64,000 nucleotides of DNA from the NCBI GenBank assembly GCA_001782805.1, contig MFPT01000021.1, positions 10,546 through 74,545 of the forward strand, given 5' to 3'. This document shows positions 48,482 through 57,545 of the stretch, one piece after another; the stretch's first letter is position 1; every line of letters begins with the position of its first letter. The notes under the pieces were generated by a model. It had not been told where the DNA came from and did not search any database. It was given only the letters and a program-made list of their open reading frames with translations. The translations under genes were made by a program, and so were the position numbers. This stretch comes from Candidatus Magasanikbacteria bacterium RIFCSPHIGHO2_01_FULL_41_23 (lineage in GTDB: Bacteria > Patescibacteriota > Patescibacteriia > Magasanikbacterales > UBA922).

Positions 48482-48739
48482 TTAATGGTAAATACTGTGT
48501 CGGCCGATTTTATAAAAAATATATTTATTTTCTTTTTCAATTTTAAAAATTACTCGGTAGTCTCTGGTGATGGAAAAAGACCAATGTTCATTCCACGATC
48601 CGTTTAACTTATGAGTCTTTAGGCTAGAATTGAAAGGATCTACACGAAAAATATCCTCCCTTTCTTTGAATGATTGCTGTATATTTTTTGGACATTTTTT
48701 GTAAAGTCGACAAAAAATAGGTAAATAAATAATTTCCAT
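48482..48739 (-). CDS. RelE/StbE (YafQ-like) mRNA interferase toxin
   Basis: DPF..SLKTHKLNG...WSFSI..DYRVIF....IGRHSIY; paralog of 20005-20265. Confidence 0.9.
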   Translation of the reverse strand: MEIIYLPIFCRLYKKCPKNIQQSFKEREDIFRVDPFNSSLKTHKLNGSWNEHWSFSITRDYRVIFKIEKENKYIFYKIGRHSIYH

Positions 48740-48756
48740 ACCCTCCTTAAAATAAT

Positions 48757-48963
48757 TTAATCTTTATCTAAGTCAGCAAACGAATGAAGAATTTTACCTT
48801 TTCCGGCACGGAATTCTCGTTCGGCTAATTTGATATGTATTATATCCCACAGATAATACCAAAAATATTTTATCCGGTGCTGTAACAAAGCAAAACCCCT
48901 TAATTTTTTTGGTTTTATGTCAAACTGTGCTGATTGAAGAATTGATTGATTACTATAATTCAT
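48757..48963 (-). CDS. Putative antitoxin
   Basis: Upstream of the toxin; C-terminal AEREFRAGKGKILHSFADLD. Confidence 0.65.
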   Translation of the reverse strand: MNYSNQSILQSAQFDIKPKKLRGFALLQHRIKYFWYYLWDIIHIKLAEREFRAGKGKILHSFADLDKD

Positions 48964-48974
48964 AAAAAAGTAGG

Positions 48975-49517
48975 CTACAATAATATATTTCGCATTATCT
49001 TTGTTGTCAAAGCTCTCGGACAAACGCGCAATAATTGAATAATTATTTTATGGCGCCAACTGGGAATGATAATTCTTTTATTTTTCATTAAACCAGCATA
49101 GGCGATTTCCGCCACAGAGCGCGCATTCATTACTCCGTTGTTTTTAAAAATTTCTGTTTTGTCAGCTCCGGCTCTATTTTGAAATGAAGTTTTTGTCGGT
49201 CCGGGACAAAGCGCGGAAACAGTCACGCCAGTGTGGCGAGTTTCTTCACTCAATGCTTCGGAAAGTGACAAGACGTATGCTTTGGTGGCAAAATATACGG
49301 CCATAAATGGCCCGGGCTGAAAGGCCGCGGTTGAAGCCACGTTTAAAATTTTACCGGACTTTCTCGCCATCATTTCCGGAAGAAATAAACGGCACAGCGA
49401 CGTCAGCGCAGTTATATTCAATTGAATCATTTCAATATTTTTTTGGTCATTGGTTTCGGCAAATTCACCATAATCGCCAAAGCCTGCGTTGTTGACTAAA
49501 ATTAAGGGAAAATGCGC
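48975..49517 (-). pseudogene. N-terminally truncated short-chain dehydrogenase (SDR)
   Basis: In-frame LVNNAGFG..., VASTAAF, YFATK, LCPGPT present but an in-frame TAA just upstream; no TGxxxGIG Rossmann motif. Confidence 0.8.
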
Positions 49518-49553
49518 ACTGATCTTTTAATTTTCCGTCCTTTTTAAATAGTA

Positions 49554-49751
49554 TTAATCCAAATCCGCAAGTGAATTGAGTTTTATTGCTTTCCCAGCTT
49601 TAAATTGTCGTTGGCTTATTTTTACGTTAATGTAATCTCTGGTATCGTACCAATGAAATTGCATACGATGCCATATATGAAGAAAAAACCCGACTTTTTT
49701 ACGGTGAGTAATTGGTTTGGAAACGACCTGATTCACAATAACTAAATTCAT
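49554..49751 (-). CDS. Orphan antitoxin-like paralog
   Basis: C-terminal SQRQFKAGKAIKLNSLADLD; similar to 48757-48963. Confidence 0.6.
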   Translation of the reverse strand: MNLVIVNQVVSKPITHRKKVGFFLHIWHRMQFHWYDTRDYINVKISQRQFKAGKAIKLNSLADLD

Positions 49752-49830
49752 AATATGAGAAAATATATTTTTACTATACCACAAATAATATATTAGTCAA
49801 CCTGAAATTGTGAGGAAAAAATCGTTTTTG

Positions 49831-50703
49831 TTAAACCATCTCGCGTAATTGTTTGATCCGCTCAATAATCGGCGGATGCGTGGAAAAAAGATTGGTTAGA
49901 TTTTTTCCTTTAAAAGGATTGGAAATAAATAAATGAGCCGTGGCCGTGGATGCGGTTTCCAGCGGTTGATTGGAAGCCGAAATTTTTTCCAGTGCCCGCG
50001 CCAAGCCTTCGGGATAACGGGTCAAAAGCGAACCAGAAGCATCTGCTAAAAATTCGCGTTTGCGCGACACTGCCAATTTGATGAGCTCGGCAATAATCGG
50101 TGACAAAAGAATTAAGACAAGGCCGGCAATCGCCAAAATCCCGCCGCTTTTATTGTCATTATCCGATGATCGTCGCCAATTGGAGTGTAAAAACCAATTA
50201 GCCATAAGGGAAATGGCGCCAACCAACACAATGACAATCGTCATGACGCGGATATCATAATTTTTGACATGCGATAATTCGTGCGCGATCACGCCTTCCA
50301 ATTCTTCATTTTCCAACGCCTGAATAATTCCCGTAGTAAACGCAATTGATGAATGTTTGGGATCGCGTCCGGTGGCAAAGGCATTTAAAGCCGGGCTGTT
50401 AATGATATAAATTTTAGGCACGGGCAAGCCGGCAGTAATACACAAATTTTCCACTAAATTATACAAATAAGGATTGTCTTTTTTGGCGATGTGTCGCGCG
50501 CTAGTTGAACGCAAGGCAACTTTGTCACCATGATAATAACTGAATAATGTCATGACGAGTGAAATGAAAACAGCCAAAACAATCGCTTCCGATCCATAAC
50601 CAAACCAGGTTTTCAAAACCCAACCAAGCCCGGTGATAAACGAGATGAAAATCAAAATTAAAATAATGGTGCGATGTTTGTTGGCGTCGATTTGGGAATA
50701 CAT
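49831..50703 (-). CDS. htpX: HtpX family M48 zinc metalloprotease
   Basis: NAFATG, HELSH, SRKREFLAD, FSTHPP. Confidence 0.95.
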   Translation of the reverse strand: MYSQIDANKHRTIILILIFISFITGLGWVLKTWFGYGSEAIVLAVFISLVMTLFSYYHGDKVALRSTSARHIAKKDNPYLYNLVENLCITAGLPVPKIYIINSPALNAFATGRDPKHSSIAFTTGIIQALENEELEGVIAHELSHVKNYDIRVMTIVIVLVGAISLMANWFLHSNWRRSSDNDNKSGGILAIAGLVLILLSPIIAELIKLAVSRKREFLADASGSLLTRYPEGLARALEKISASNQPLETASTATAHLFISNPFKGKNLTNLFSTHPPIIERIKQLREMV

Positions 50704-50704
50704 A

Positions 50705-51268
50705 TTAAAATTTAACCGTTACATTTTCTCGTTCAGTCGCATCGGCAATTTCAAAGAAATCAAATTTCACAAACTTAAGCGTGTTGCCAATCAGATTCGT
50801 GGGAAATACTTCCAGTTTAGTATTAAAGTCCCGTGTTTGGCCATTGTAAAAGCGGCGGGCGGCCATAATTTTATTTTCCGTGTCAGATAATTCATCCATG
50901 AGTTGCGCCACGTTCGTATTAGCTTTAAGATCAGGATAGGCTTCCATGCTAACGCGCAGATTGCCCAATAAATTACCAAGCATACTTTCAGCTTTGGCCA
51001 GATCAGTGTGCGAGCCGGATTTTTGCGCTTCCATGGCTTGCGAACGGGATTTGGTAATGTTTTCCAATAATCCGCGTTCGTGACTTAAGTATCCTTTGAC
51101 ACTTTCCAACAAATTGGGAATTAAATCATGTCGGCGTTTGAGTTGAACATCAATATCACTCCACGCTTCTTTGGTGCGATTGCGCGCGGTAACTAAACCA
51201 TTGAATGTTACCACGAGCCAAATAACAAAAACCGCCAATATAATAAGTAAAATCATTGACATTTCCAT
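50705..51268 (-). CDS. lemA: LemA family protein
   Basis: AWSDIDVQLKRRHDLIPNL, EAYPDLKA, FPTNLI. Confidence 0.96.
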   Translation of the reverse strand: MEMSMILLIILAVFVIWLVVTFNGLVTARNRTKEAWSDIDVQLKRRHDLIPNLLESVKGYLSHERGLLENITKSRSQAMEAQKSGSHTDLAKAESMLGNLLGNLRVSMEAYPDLKANTNVAQLMDELSDTENKIMAARRFYNGQTRDFNTKLEVFPTNLIGNTLKFVKFDFFEIADATERENVTVKF

Positions 51269-51352
51269 ATAGTTTTATTAGTGGCTTGAACTCAAGCCTT
51301 AATTATGTAATAATCCTTATTATTCTAACTCGCTTACTTTCAATTGTCAATT

Positions 51353-52519
51353 ATGTTTACCTTTATTATTTTTCTTTTGGTCTTAAGTTTGGTTGTTTTG
51401 GTGCATGAATTCGGACATTTTTTTGTGGCGCGGTTAAGTGGCATGAAAGTTTTTGAATTTGGCTGGGGATTTCCGCCGCGGGCGATTGGTTTTTATCGTG
51501 ATCCTCTTACCAAAAAAATTGTTTGGGTTTGGAAAAGTCGAGCGAATGATTTGGCGGAAACTGTTGGTGGCGTGCCGAGAGAACAACAATTTCCCGCGAC
51601 ATTATATTCAATAAATTGGCTGCCATTGGGTGGTTTTGTCAAAATTAAAGGAGAAAACGGGGACACAGAAGACGAAGATAGTTTTAGCGCCAAAAAATTT
51701 GGTCCTAAATTAGCGACACTTTTGGCCGGAGTAGTGATGAATTTTATTTTAGCCGCAATTTTGTTGGGCGTTGGTTTTATGATTGGTTTGCCCACTGATT
51801 TATCCAACTTGGGCGATGAACGAGCCATTATAGTGAAATCGGCCGAAGTAATGATCCAACATGTGGAAAAAGATTCGCCCGCGGCCATTGCCGGATTAAA
51901 AACCGGTGATGTGATTAGAACAGTGAATGGAACTGCGGTGCAAAATACGAGCGTTTTGATTAACTTATTTCGTGAATCAGAAAAAAAGGTTTTAAATTTG
52001 GAAATTAAACGTGACGAATTAATTTTTAATCAGGCGGTTACTCCTGTTTACATTGAAAAAGATGGCGTTCCTCGGCTGGGAGTTGGTTTGGCCGATGCGG
52101 GAGTAATTCGTTTTCCTTGGTATTTGGCGTTTTATAAAGGATTTGTTGCGGCCGGAATGGGTTTTTTGAATGTTTTTGTGGCTTTTTATATTTTGGTGCG
52201 CGAGCTTATTTTGGGTAATGGTTTGGCCTTTGGCGTGAGTGGTCCGGTGGGAATTGCTGTCGCGGTCGGTGAAAGCGCGCGCTTAGGCTTTAGTTATTTG
52301 TTAAATGTAACGGCTATGATTTCGTTGAGTTTGGCCGCGTTGAATGTTTTGCCCATTCCCGCGCTGGATGGTGGACGGGCATTGTTTGTGATTATTGAAA
52401 AATTATTTCGGCGCAAAATTCCCATTAAAGTGGAACAAATCACGCATACGGTGGGTTTTGTGGCTTTGTTATTTTTGATTGTGGTTATCACGTGGCGTGA
52501 TATTAGCGCGTTATTCTAA
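51353..52519 (+). CDS. rseP: RIP metalloprotease RseP (M50, PDZ)
   Basis: HEFGH, PLGGFVK, AGVVMN, PDZ, NVLPIPALDGG. Confidence 0.95.
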   Translation: MFTFIIFLLVLSLVVLVHEFGHFFVARLSGMKVFEFGWGFPPRAIGFYRDPLTKKIVWVWKSRANDLAETVGGVPREQQFPATLYSINWLPLGGFVKIKGENGDTEDEDSFSAKKFGPKLATLLAGVVMNFILAAILLGVGFMIGLPTDLSNLGDERAIIVKSAEVMIQHVEKDSPAAIAGLKTGDVIRTVNGTAVQNTSVLINLFRESEKKVLNLEIKRDELIFNQAVTPVYIEKDGVPRLGVGLADAGVIRFPWYLAFYKGFVAAGMGFLNVFVAFYILVRELILGNGLAFGVSGPVGIAVAVGESARLGFSYLLNVTAMISLSLAALNVLPIPALDGGRALFVIIEKLFRRKIPIKVEQITHTVGFVALLFLIVVITWRDISALF

Positions 52520-52555
52520 AATATGGATGCATCTTTTGTATGAAAATAAATTAAT

Positions 52556-53614
52556 ATGTCCAAAGATTTACAAAAATTACATAATGAGAGTTTGGTGCAC
52601 ATTGCGACTGCGCTTGATTTGGCACAATTGGAAGCGGTTGAATTATCGTTATTTTCGCGCCAAAACGGTCGACTGACTATGCTCATGAAAGAAATAGCTA
52701 CTGTTTTGCCGGCGGAAAAAAAAGCGTATGGTGAATCTTGCAACACAGTAAAAGAAGAATTAATCGGTTCGATTGCCAAGCGTCGTGAAGAATTGACGAA
52801 TGTGCGCTGGAAAACAATTGCCAATGATGAGCGGATTGATCCCTCGGCTCCGCTCGGGACAAGTTCTTCGTCCATGACAAGAGCACAAAAAAAGAATTAC
52901 GGTTCGCTTCATCCCATAAGTCGCGTGCAATACGATTTGGAGGATTTGTTTACTTCCATGGGGTTTATGGTGCTGGATGGTCCGGAATTGGAAAGCGATT
53001 ATTATAATTTTGAAGCGCTTAATATTCCGGCCGATCATCCGGCGCGCGACATGCATGATACTTTTTATCTTAAAAATAATCCGAGTTGGGTAATGCGCAC
53101 GCATACCTCGCCGGTTCAAGTCAGAGCTATGGAAAAATATGGTGCGCCTTTACGCGCGATTGTTCCCGGACGTTGTTTCCGGAATGAAGCAACTGATCCG
53201 CGCCACGAGCATACGCTATATCAATTGGAAGGATTGGTGATTGATCGCGGTATTAATTTTGCGCATTTGAAAGGCATTATTGCCACAGTGGCCAAACATT
53301 TGTATGGAGGGGAAACCAAAGTTCGATTTCTGCCAAAATTTTATCCTTTTGTTGAGCCGGGAGTGCGCGGCGAAGTTACGTGTTTTTTGTGTCATGGCAC
53401 TGGCTGTCGCGTGTGCAAAAATACGGGTTGGCTGGAAATTTTTGGCGCGGGCATGATGCATCCGAATGTTCTCCGTGCTGGGAAAATTGATCCGGAAAAA
53501 TATTCCGGCTTGGCGTTTGGACTTGGTTTGTCGCGTTTGGTAATGCTTAAATACGCGATTCCGGATGCGCGCTATGCACTGGGCGGAGATTTGCGATTTT
53601 TAAATCAGTTTTAA
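52556..53614 (+). CDS. pheS: Phenylalanine-tRNA ligase alpha subunit
   Basis: GSLHP, NFEALNIPADHPARDMHDTFY, RTHTSPVQ, YPFVEP, AFGLG. Confidence 0.98.
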   Translation: MSKDLQKLHNESLVHIATALDLAQLEAVELSLFSRQNGRLTMLMKEIATVLPAEKKAYGESCNTVKEELIGSIAKRREELTNVRWKTIANDERIDPSAPLGTSSSSMTRAQKKNYGSLHPISRVQYDLEDLFTSMGFMVLDGPELESDYYNFEALNIPADHPARDMHDTFYLKNNPSWVMRTHTSPVQVRAMEKYGAPLRAIVPGRCFRNEATDPRHEHTLYQLEGLVIDRGINFAHLKGIIATVAKHLYGGETKVRFLPKFYPFVEPGVRGEVTCFLCHGTGCRVCKNTGWLEIFGAGMMHPNVLRAGKIDPEKYSGLAFGLGLSRLVMLKYAIPDARYALGGDLRFLNQF

Positions 53615-53671
53615 TGTATGTTTACAAAATAAAAATCTTATTTTGTTACTAATCCGGTTAAATTATTTTGT

Positions 53672-56125
53672 ATGTTGATTTCAAAAAATTGGCTCCGCGA
53701 TTTTGTTTTTTTGCCTGATGCGTTTGATGCGCTGGATTTGGCGCGGCGATTGTCATTGTCAACGGTTGAAGTGGAAAATGTGACTGAACAAAGCGCGGCA
53801 TTTGCTGGTTTGGTTGTCGGAAAAATTATGGCGATTGAATCACATTCGGACGCGCAAAAATTAAAAGTCTGTGAAGTTGATGTGGGCGATAAAACTTTGT
53901 CCATTGTGTGCGGAGGAGCAAATCTTTCGGTGGGAATGAAAGTGGTAGTGGCGAAAATTGGTGCTCGTGTGCGTTGGCATGGAGAAGGGGAATCTATTGT
54001 TTTGGAATCAGCGACGATTCGCGGCGTAAAATCATTTGGCATGATTTGCGCGAGCGATGAAATTGGTTTATTGGATCGTTTTCCGAAAAGCGTGGCCAAT
54101 GAAATTATTGATTTAAGTAAGCATAAAGCTCGGTCGGGAACTGCTTTGTCCGAAGCTCTGGGCTTGGATGATGTGATTTTTGAAATTGATAATAAATCAA
54201 TGACGAATCGACCGGATTTGTGGAGCCATTATGGCGTCGCGCGTGAGATTGCGGCTTTGACCGGAAAAAAATTTAAAACGATTAAACCGCCAATGATACT
54301 TGAAGGTAATACAATAAAGATATCGGTTAAAAATGGAGCAAAAGATTTGTGTTCGCGGTATATGGCGGTGGCGATGAATGATGTGTCGCCGATTGCGTCG
54401 CCGGAATGGTTGCGCGCGCGTTTGGAAGCGATTGGTCAGCGATCCATAAATGCAATTGTGGATTTGACTAATTATGTGATGTTTGAACTTGGTCAGCCTT
54501 TGCACGCGTTTGATGCCGATAAAATCGGGAATCATAACGGTGAAGTGGCTTTGACCGTACGTTTGGCCAATGCGGGAGAAAATTTTATTACACTTGATGC
54601 CAAAAAGTTGACATTAACAAATACTACGTTGGCGATTGCCAATGATACGGAAATATTGGCGCTCGCAGGAATTAAGGGCGGAGAAAATAGCGGAGTTGAT
54701 ACCAAAACCACTCGCGTTATATTTGAAGCGGCCACGTTTAATGCCGGTTCAGTGCGTAAAACTTCCACGGCTTTGGGAATTCGTACTGATTCTTCGGCTC
54801 GATTTGAAAAAAGTTTGGATCCACATTTGCCCGCAGTTGCTTTGCGTCGCGTAGTTGAATTGGCACAGAAGATTTGGCCTATGGCAACAGTCGCGAGTAT
54901 AGTTGTTGATATCACTAATTTTTCTTCGACTCCTATTATCGTTAATTTAACCTGCTCTTTTATCAATGAGCGTTTGGGAGTTCAGATAGAAGAAAAAAAA
55001 ATCGTGAATATTTTGGAACGATTGGGTTTTGCAGTTGTTAGAAAAAAGGATGCTTTGGCAGTTACCGTACCAAGCTGGCGTGCAACCAAAGACATTTCGA
55101 TCAAAGAAGATATTGTGGAAGAAGTGGTGCGATTGTATGGTTATGAAAATATTCCGGCCGAATTTCCTCTGTGCCAGATTGCTCCGGCCGCGCCCAATGA
55201 ATTGCGTAATTTGGAACGAGAAATCAAAGAAATTTTAGCGCGCGAATGTGGTTTTACTGAAGTGTATAATTATTCTTTTGCGTCGTCTGAATGGCTCGCT
55301 CGTTTAGGATTATCAACCGAAAATTTTTTGGCGTTGGATAATCCAATCGCCAAGGATCGGCCATTATTGCGTCGCGATCTTATTCCCGGACTTTTGGAAA
55401 ATATTGAATATAATGCTCATCGTTTTGACAATGTTAGTTTATTTGAAATCGGCCGAGTGTATCGCTCGGATACAGCGGGAGAGCGGGCTCGACAAAATTC
55501 CGGCGAATTATTGCCTGATCAGCCATTAATGCTTGGTTTGGCTGTGCTGGAAAAAAATAATAATCAGCCATTTTTTATTTTGGCTGACGCGATTCGGAAT
55601 ATTGGCGAGCGGCTGGGATATTTTTTTTCTTTTTCCGAAATGGAAAATTCCTTGCCACTTTTTCATCCTGGCCGGATAGCACACATTATGTGCGGGGAAA
55701 TTGAGTTAGGTAAAATTGCGGAAATTCATCCGGAGAAACAATTAAAGTTAGGCATTGATGCTCGTGTTGCCGTGGCGGAATTTTCTTTATCCGCGTTGCT
55801 ATTATTGGCATCGACGCCGCGTCGCTATGTTTCCATCCCTAATTTTCCCGAAGTTGAACGCGACATTGCAATTATTGTTGACAAAAAGAAATCACATTCT
55901 GAAATAGAAACAATTATGCTTGGCGCTCATTCTCTTTTGCAGCGCGTAGAATTGTTTGATATATATGAAGATACACAGATTGGGCCAGATAAAAAAAGTA
56001 TAGCATATCATGTGACGTATGCCTCAGACGATCATACTCTTGCCACGGCGGAAATTGATGCGGCACAGGCCGTAATTTTGAAAATTCTTACCAAAAAATG
56101 CGGCGCAATGTTGCGTGGTGAATAG
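53672..56125 (+). CDS. pheT: Phenylalanine-tRNA ligase beta subunit
   Basis: IVCGG.N, NRPDL, GQPLHAFD, RFEK, VPSWR, FEIGRVY, FDX-ACB domain. Confidence 0.98.
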   Translation: MLISKNWLRDFVFLPDAFDALDLARRLSLSTVEVENVTEQSAAFAGLVVGKIMAIESHSDAQKLKVCEVDVGDKTLSIVCGGANLSVGMKVVVAKIGARVRWHGEGESIVLESATIRGVKSFGMICASDEIGLLDRFPKSVANEIIDLSKHKARSGTALSEALGLDDVIFEIDNKSMTNRPDLWSHYGVAREIAALTGKKFKTIKPPMILEGNTIKISVKNGAKDLCSRYMAVAMNDVSPIASPEWLRARLEAIGQRSINAIVDLTNYVMFELGQPLHAFDADKIGNHNGEVALTVRLANAGENFITLDAKKLTLTNTTLAIANDTEILALAGIKGGENSGVDTKTTRVIFEAATFNAGSVRKTSTALGIRTDSSARFEKSLDPHLPAVALRRVVELAQKIWPMATVASIVVDITNFSSTPIIVNLTCSFINERLGVQIEEKKIVNILERLGFAVVRKKDALAVTVPSWRATKDISIKEDIVEEVVRLYGYENIPAEFPLCQIAPAAPNELRNLEREIKEILARECGFTEVYNYSFASSEWLARLGLSTENFLALDNPIAKDRPLLRRDLIPGLLENIEYNAHRFDNVSLFEIGRVYRSDTAGERARQNSGELLPDQPLMLGLAVLEKNNNQPFFILADAIRNIGERLGYFFSFSEMENSLPLFHPGRIAHIMCGEIELGKIAEIHPEKQLKLGIDARVAVAEFSLSALLLLASTPRRYVSIPNFPEVERDIAIIVDKKKSHSEIETIMLGAHSLLQRVELFDIYEDTQIGPDKKSIAYHVTYASDDHTLATAEIDAAQAVILKILTKKCGAMLRGE

Positions 56126-56196
56126 TGCTGTGGTATACTTTATTTAATTAAAAAACCTGATAAAGTTTTTTAAACTTTCATTTTTAAATTTTAAGT

Positions 56197-56529
56197 ATGC
56201 CTGTCACGTCTACTCAAGATTTTTTGTTTATTGTTTTATCGTTATGTGTTTTGTGGTTTACGGTTTTTTTATGTTGGCTGTTGTACCAAGCGGGCCGAGT
56301 TCTGCGCAACGCCAACAGAATTATTGAAGGCTTGACCAACAAATTGGAATTGATTTCCGAAGCAGTGGAATTTATCAAGAAAAAAGTTGATGGTTTATCC
56401 AGCAATATGGGAATTGTCAGTTCACTCGCGAGTGGAGTGATGGAACGATTTGTCGTGGGCAAAATCGCCAAAAAATTTGAAGAACGGGTGGAAGAGAACA
56501 AAAAGAAAAAAGTAGGGAAGAGAAGATAA
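56197..56529 (+). CDS. Small membrane-anchored coiled-coil protein (DUF948-like)
   Basis: N-terminal TM then amphipathic helix, basic tail. Confidence 0.7.
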   Translation: MPVTSTQDFLFIVLSLCVLWFTVFLCWLLYQAGRVLRNANRIIEGLTNKLELISEAVEFIKKKVDGLSSNMGIVSSLASGVMERFVVGKIAKKFEERVEENKKKKVGKRR

Positions 56530-56540
56530 TAATCGAATAT

Positions 56541-56570
56541 AAAAAAATCCCCTTAACGAAGGGGATTTTT
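56541..56570. terminator. Bidirectional intrinsic terminator
   Basis: AAAAATCCCCTT-AACG-AAGGGGATTTTT between convergent genes. Confidence 0.85.
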
Positions 56571-56582
56571 AATGTTATAAAT

Positions 56583-57422
56583 TTATTCCACTACCAAAGT
56601 TCCTTTCATGGATTTGTGTCCGGAACCGCAGAAAACACTGCAGGTGAATGGGAATGAGCCGGATTTATCCGCAACAAATTCTACGTTTACCGTTTCTCCG
56701 GCTTTAAATTTTTTGTTTACATTAAATTCAGGCAAAGCAAAACCATGTTCAACATCAGTACTAGTAATCGTTAATTTTACCGTATCGCCTTTTTTGACGC
56801 TTATTGTTGAGGGAGAAAATTCCCAGTTTTTCGCAGTCAATGTGAATGATTTTACCGCTGATTTGAGATCAACTTTAACTTCTGTTTTTGTTTCAGTTTT
56901 TAATTCTGGTTTTACTTCTACGGTAATTTTAGCGTTGGTGTTGGCTGAGGTTTTTGTATCGGTTTCTCCAGCTGATTTGGTTACTTGAAATGAACCGGAC
57001 ACTCCTACATTGTTGACGGTTACAGGGACATCATCTCCGGGAAATTCAAAAATTCCTTTTTTATTAAGATCAACATGGAGCATCACATGCACAATTGGCG
57101 TGACTTTTTTCGCGTCAACTGTAACTTTTACATCCGTATGTTCTCCGGTTAAAACAGCTGTTTGACCAATTATTTCGCTTGGCACACCGTCTTTATCCGC
57201 ATGAACCACGACCCAGCCATCAGTGGTCAATATAACTTTTGGCACATAAACGGTTGAATTGACGAGTGTTTGGTTTGCAACGTTAACTGAGGCAGTCACA
57301 AGTTCTTTGTACGCAGTGGTAGACAAATCACTCTCGATTTTCGTTTTTTGGCCGCAACCGCCACCAATTAATAACAAAGCAGTCAAAGCGAGTCCAAGCG
57401 ATAGAGTGGTTTGTGTGCGCAT
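56583..57422 (-). CDS. Lipoprotein with C-terminal CuA-type cupredoxin domain
   Basis: Lipobox-like IGGGC; VEHGF ... CSVFCGSGHKSM ligand set. Confidence 0.85.
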   Translation of the reverse strand: MRTQTTLSLGLALTALLLIGGGCGQKTKIESDLSTTAYKELVTASVNVANQTLVNSTVYVPKVILTTDGWVVVHADKDGVPSEIIGQTAVLTGEHTDVKVTVDAKKVTPIVHVMLHVDLNKKGIFEFPGDDVPVTVNNVGVSGSFQVTKSAGETDTKTSANTNAKITVEVKPELKTETKTEVKVDLKSAVKSFTLTAKNWEFSPSTISVKKGDTVKLTITSTDVEHGFALPEFNVNKKFKAGETVNVEFVADKSGSFPFTCSVFCGSGHKSMKGTLVVE

Positions 57423-57545
57423 AGTATTAAATTAAGAATTATTTTTTAAGTATAAGCCGTGTAAAAATTGTCGTCAACCCCACTTTACACTCTCTCCAAA
57501 AAACCGTACAATCCACTTTACTAGTTCGACAGGCTCACTATAAAT

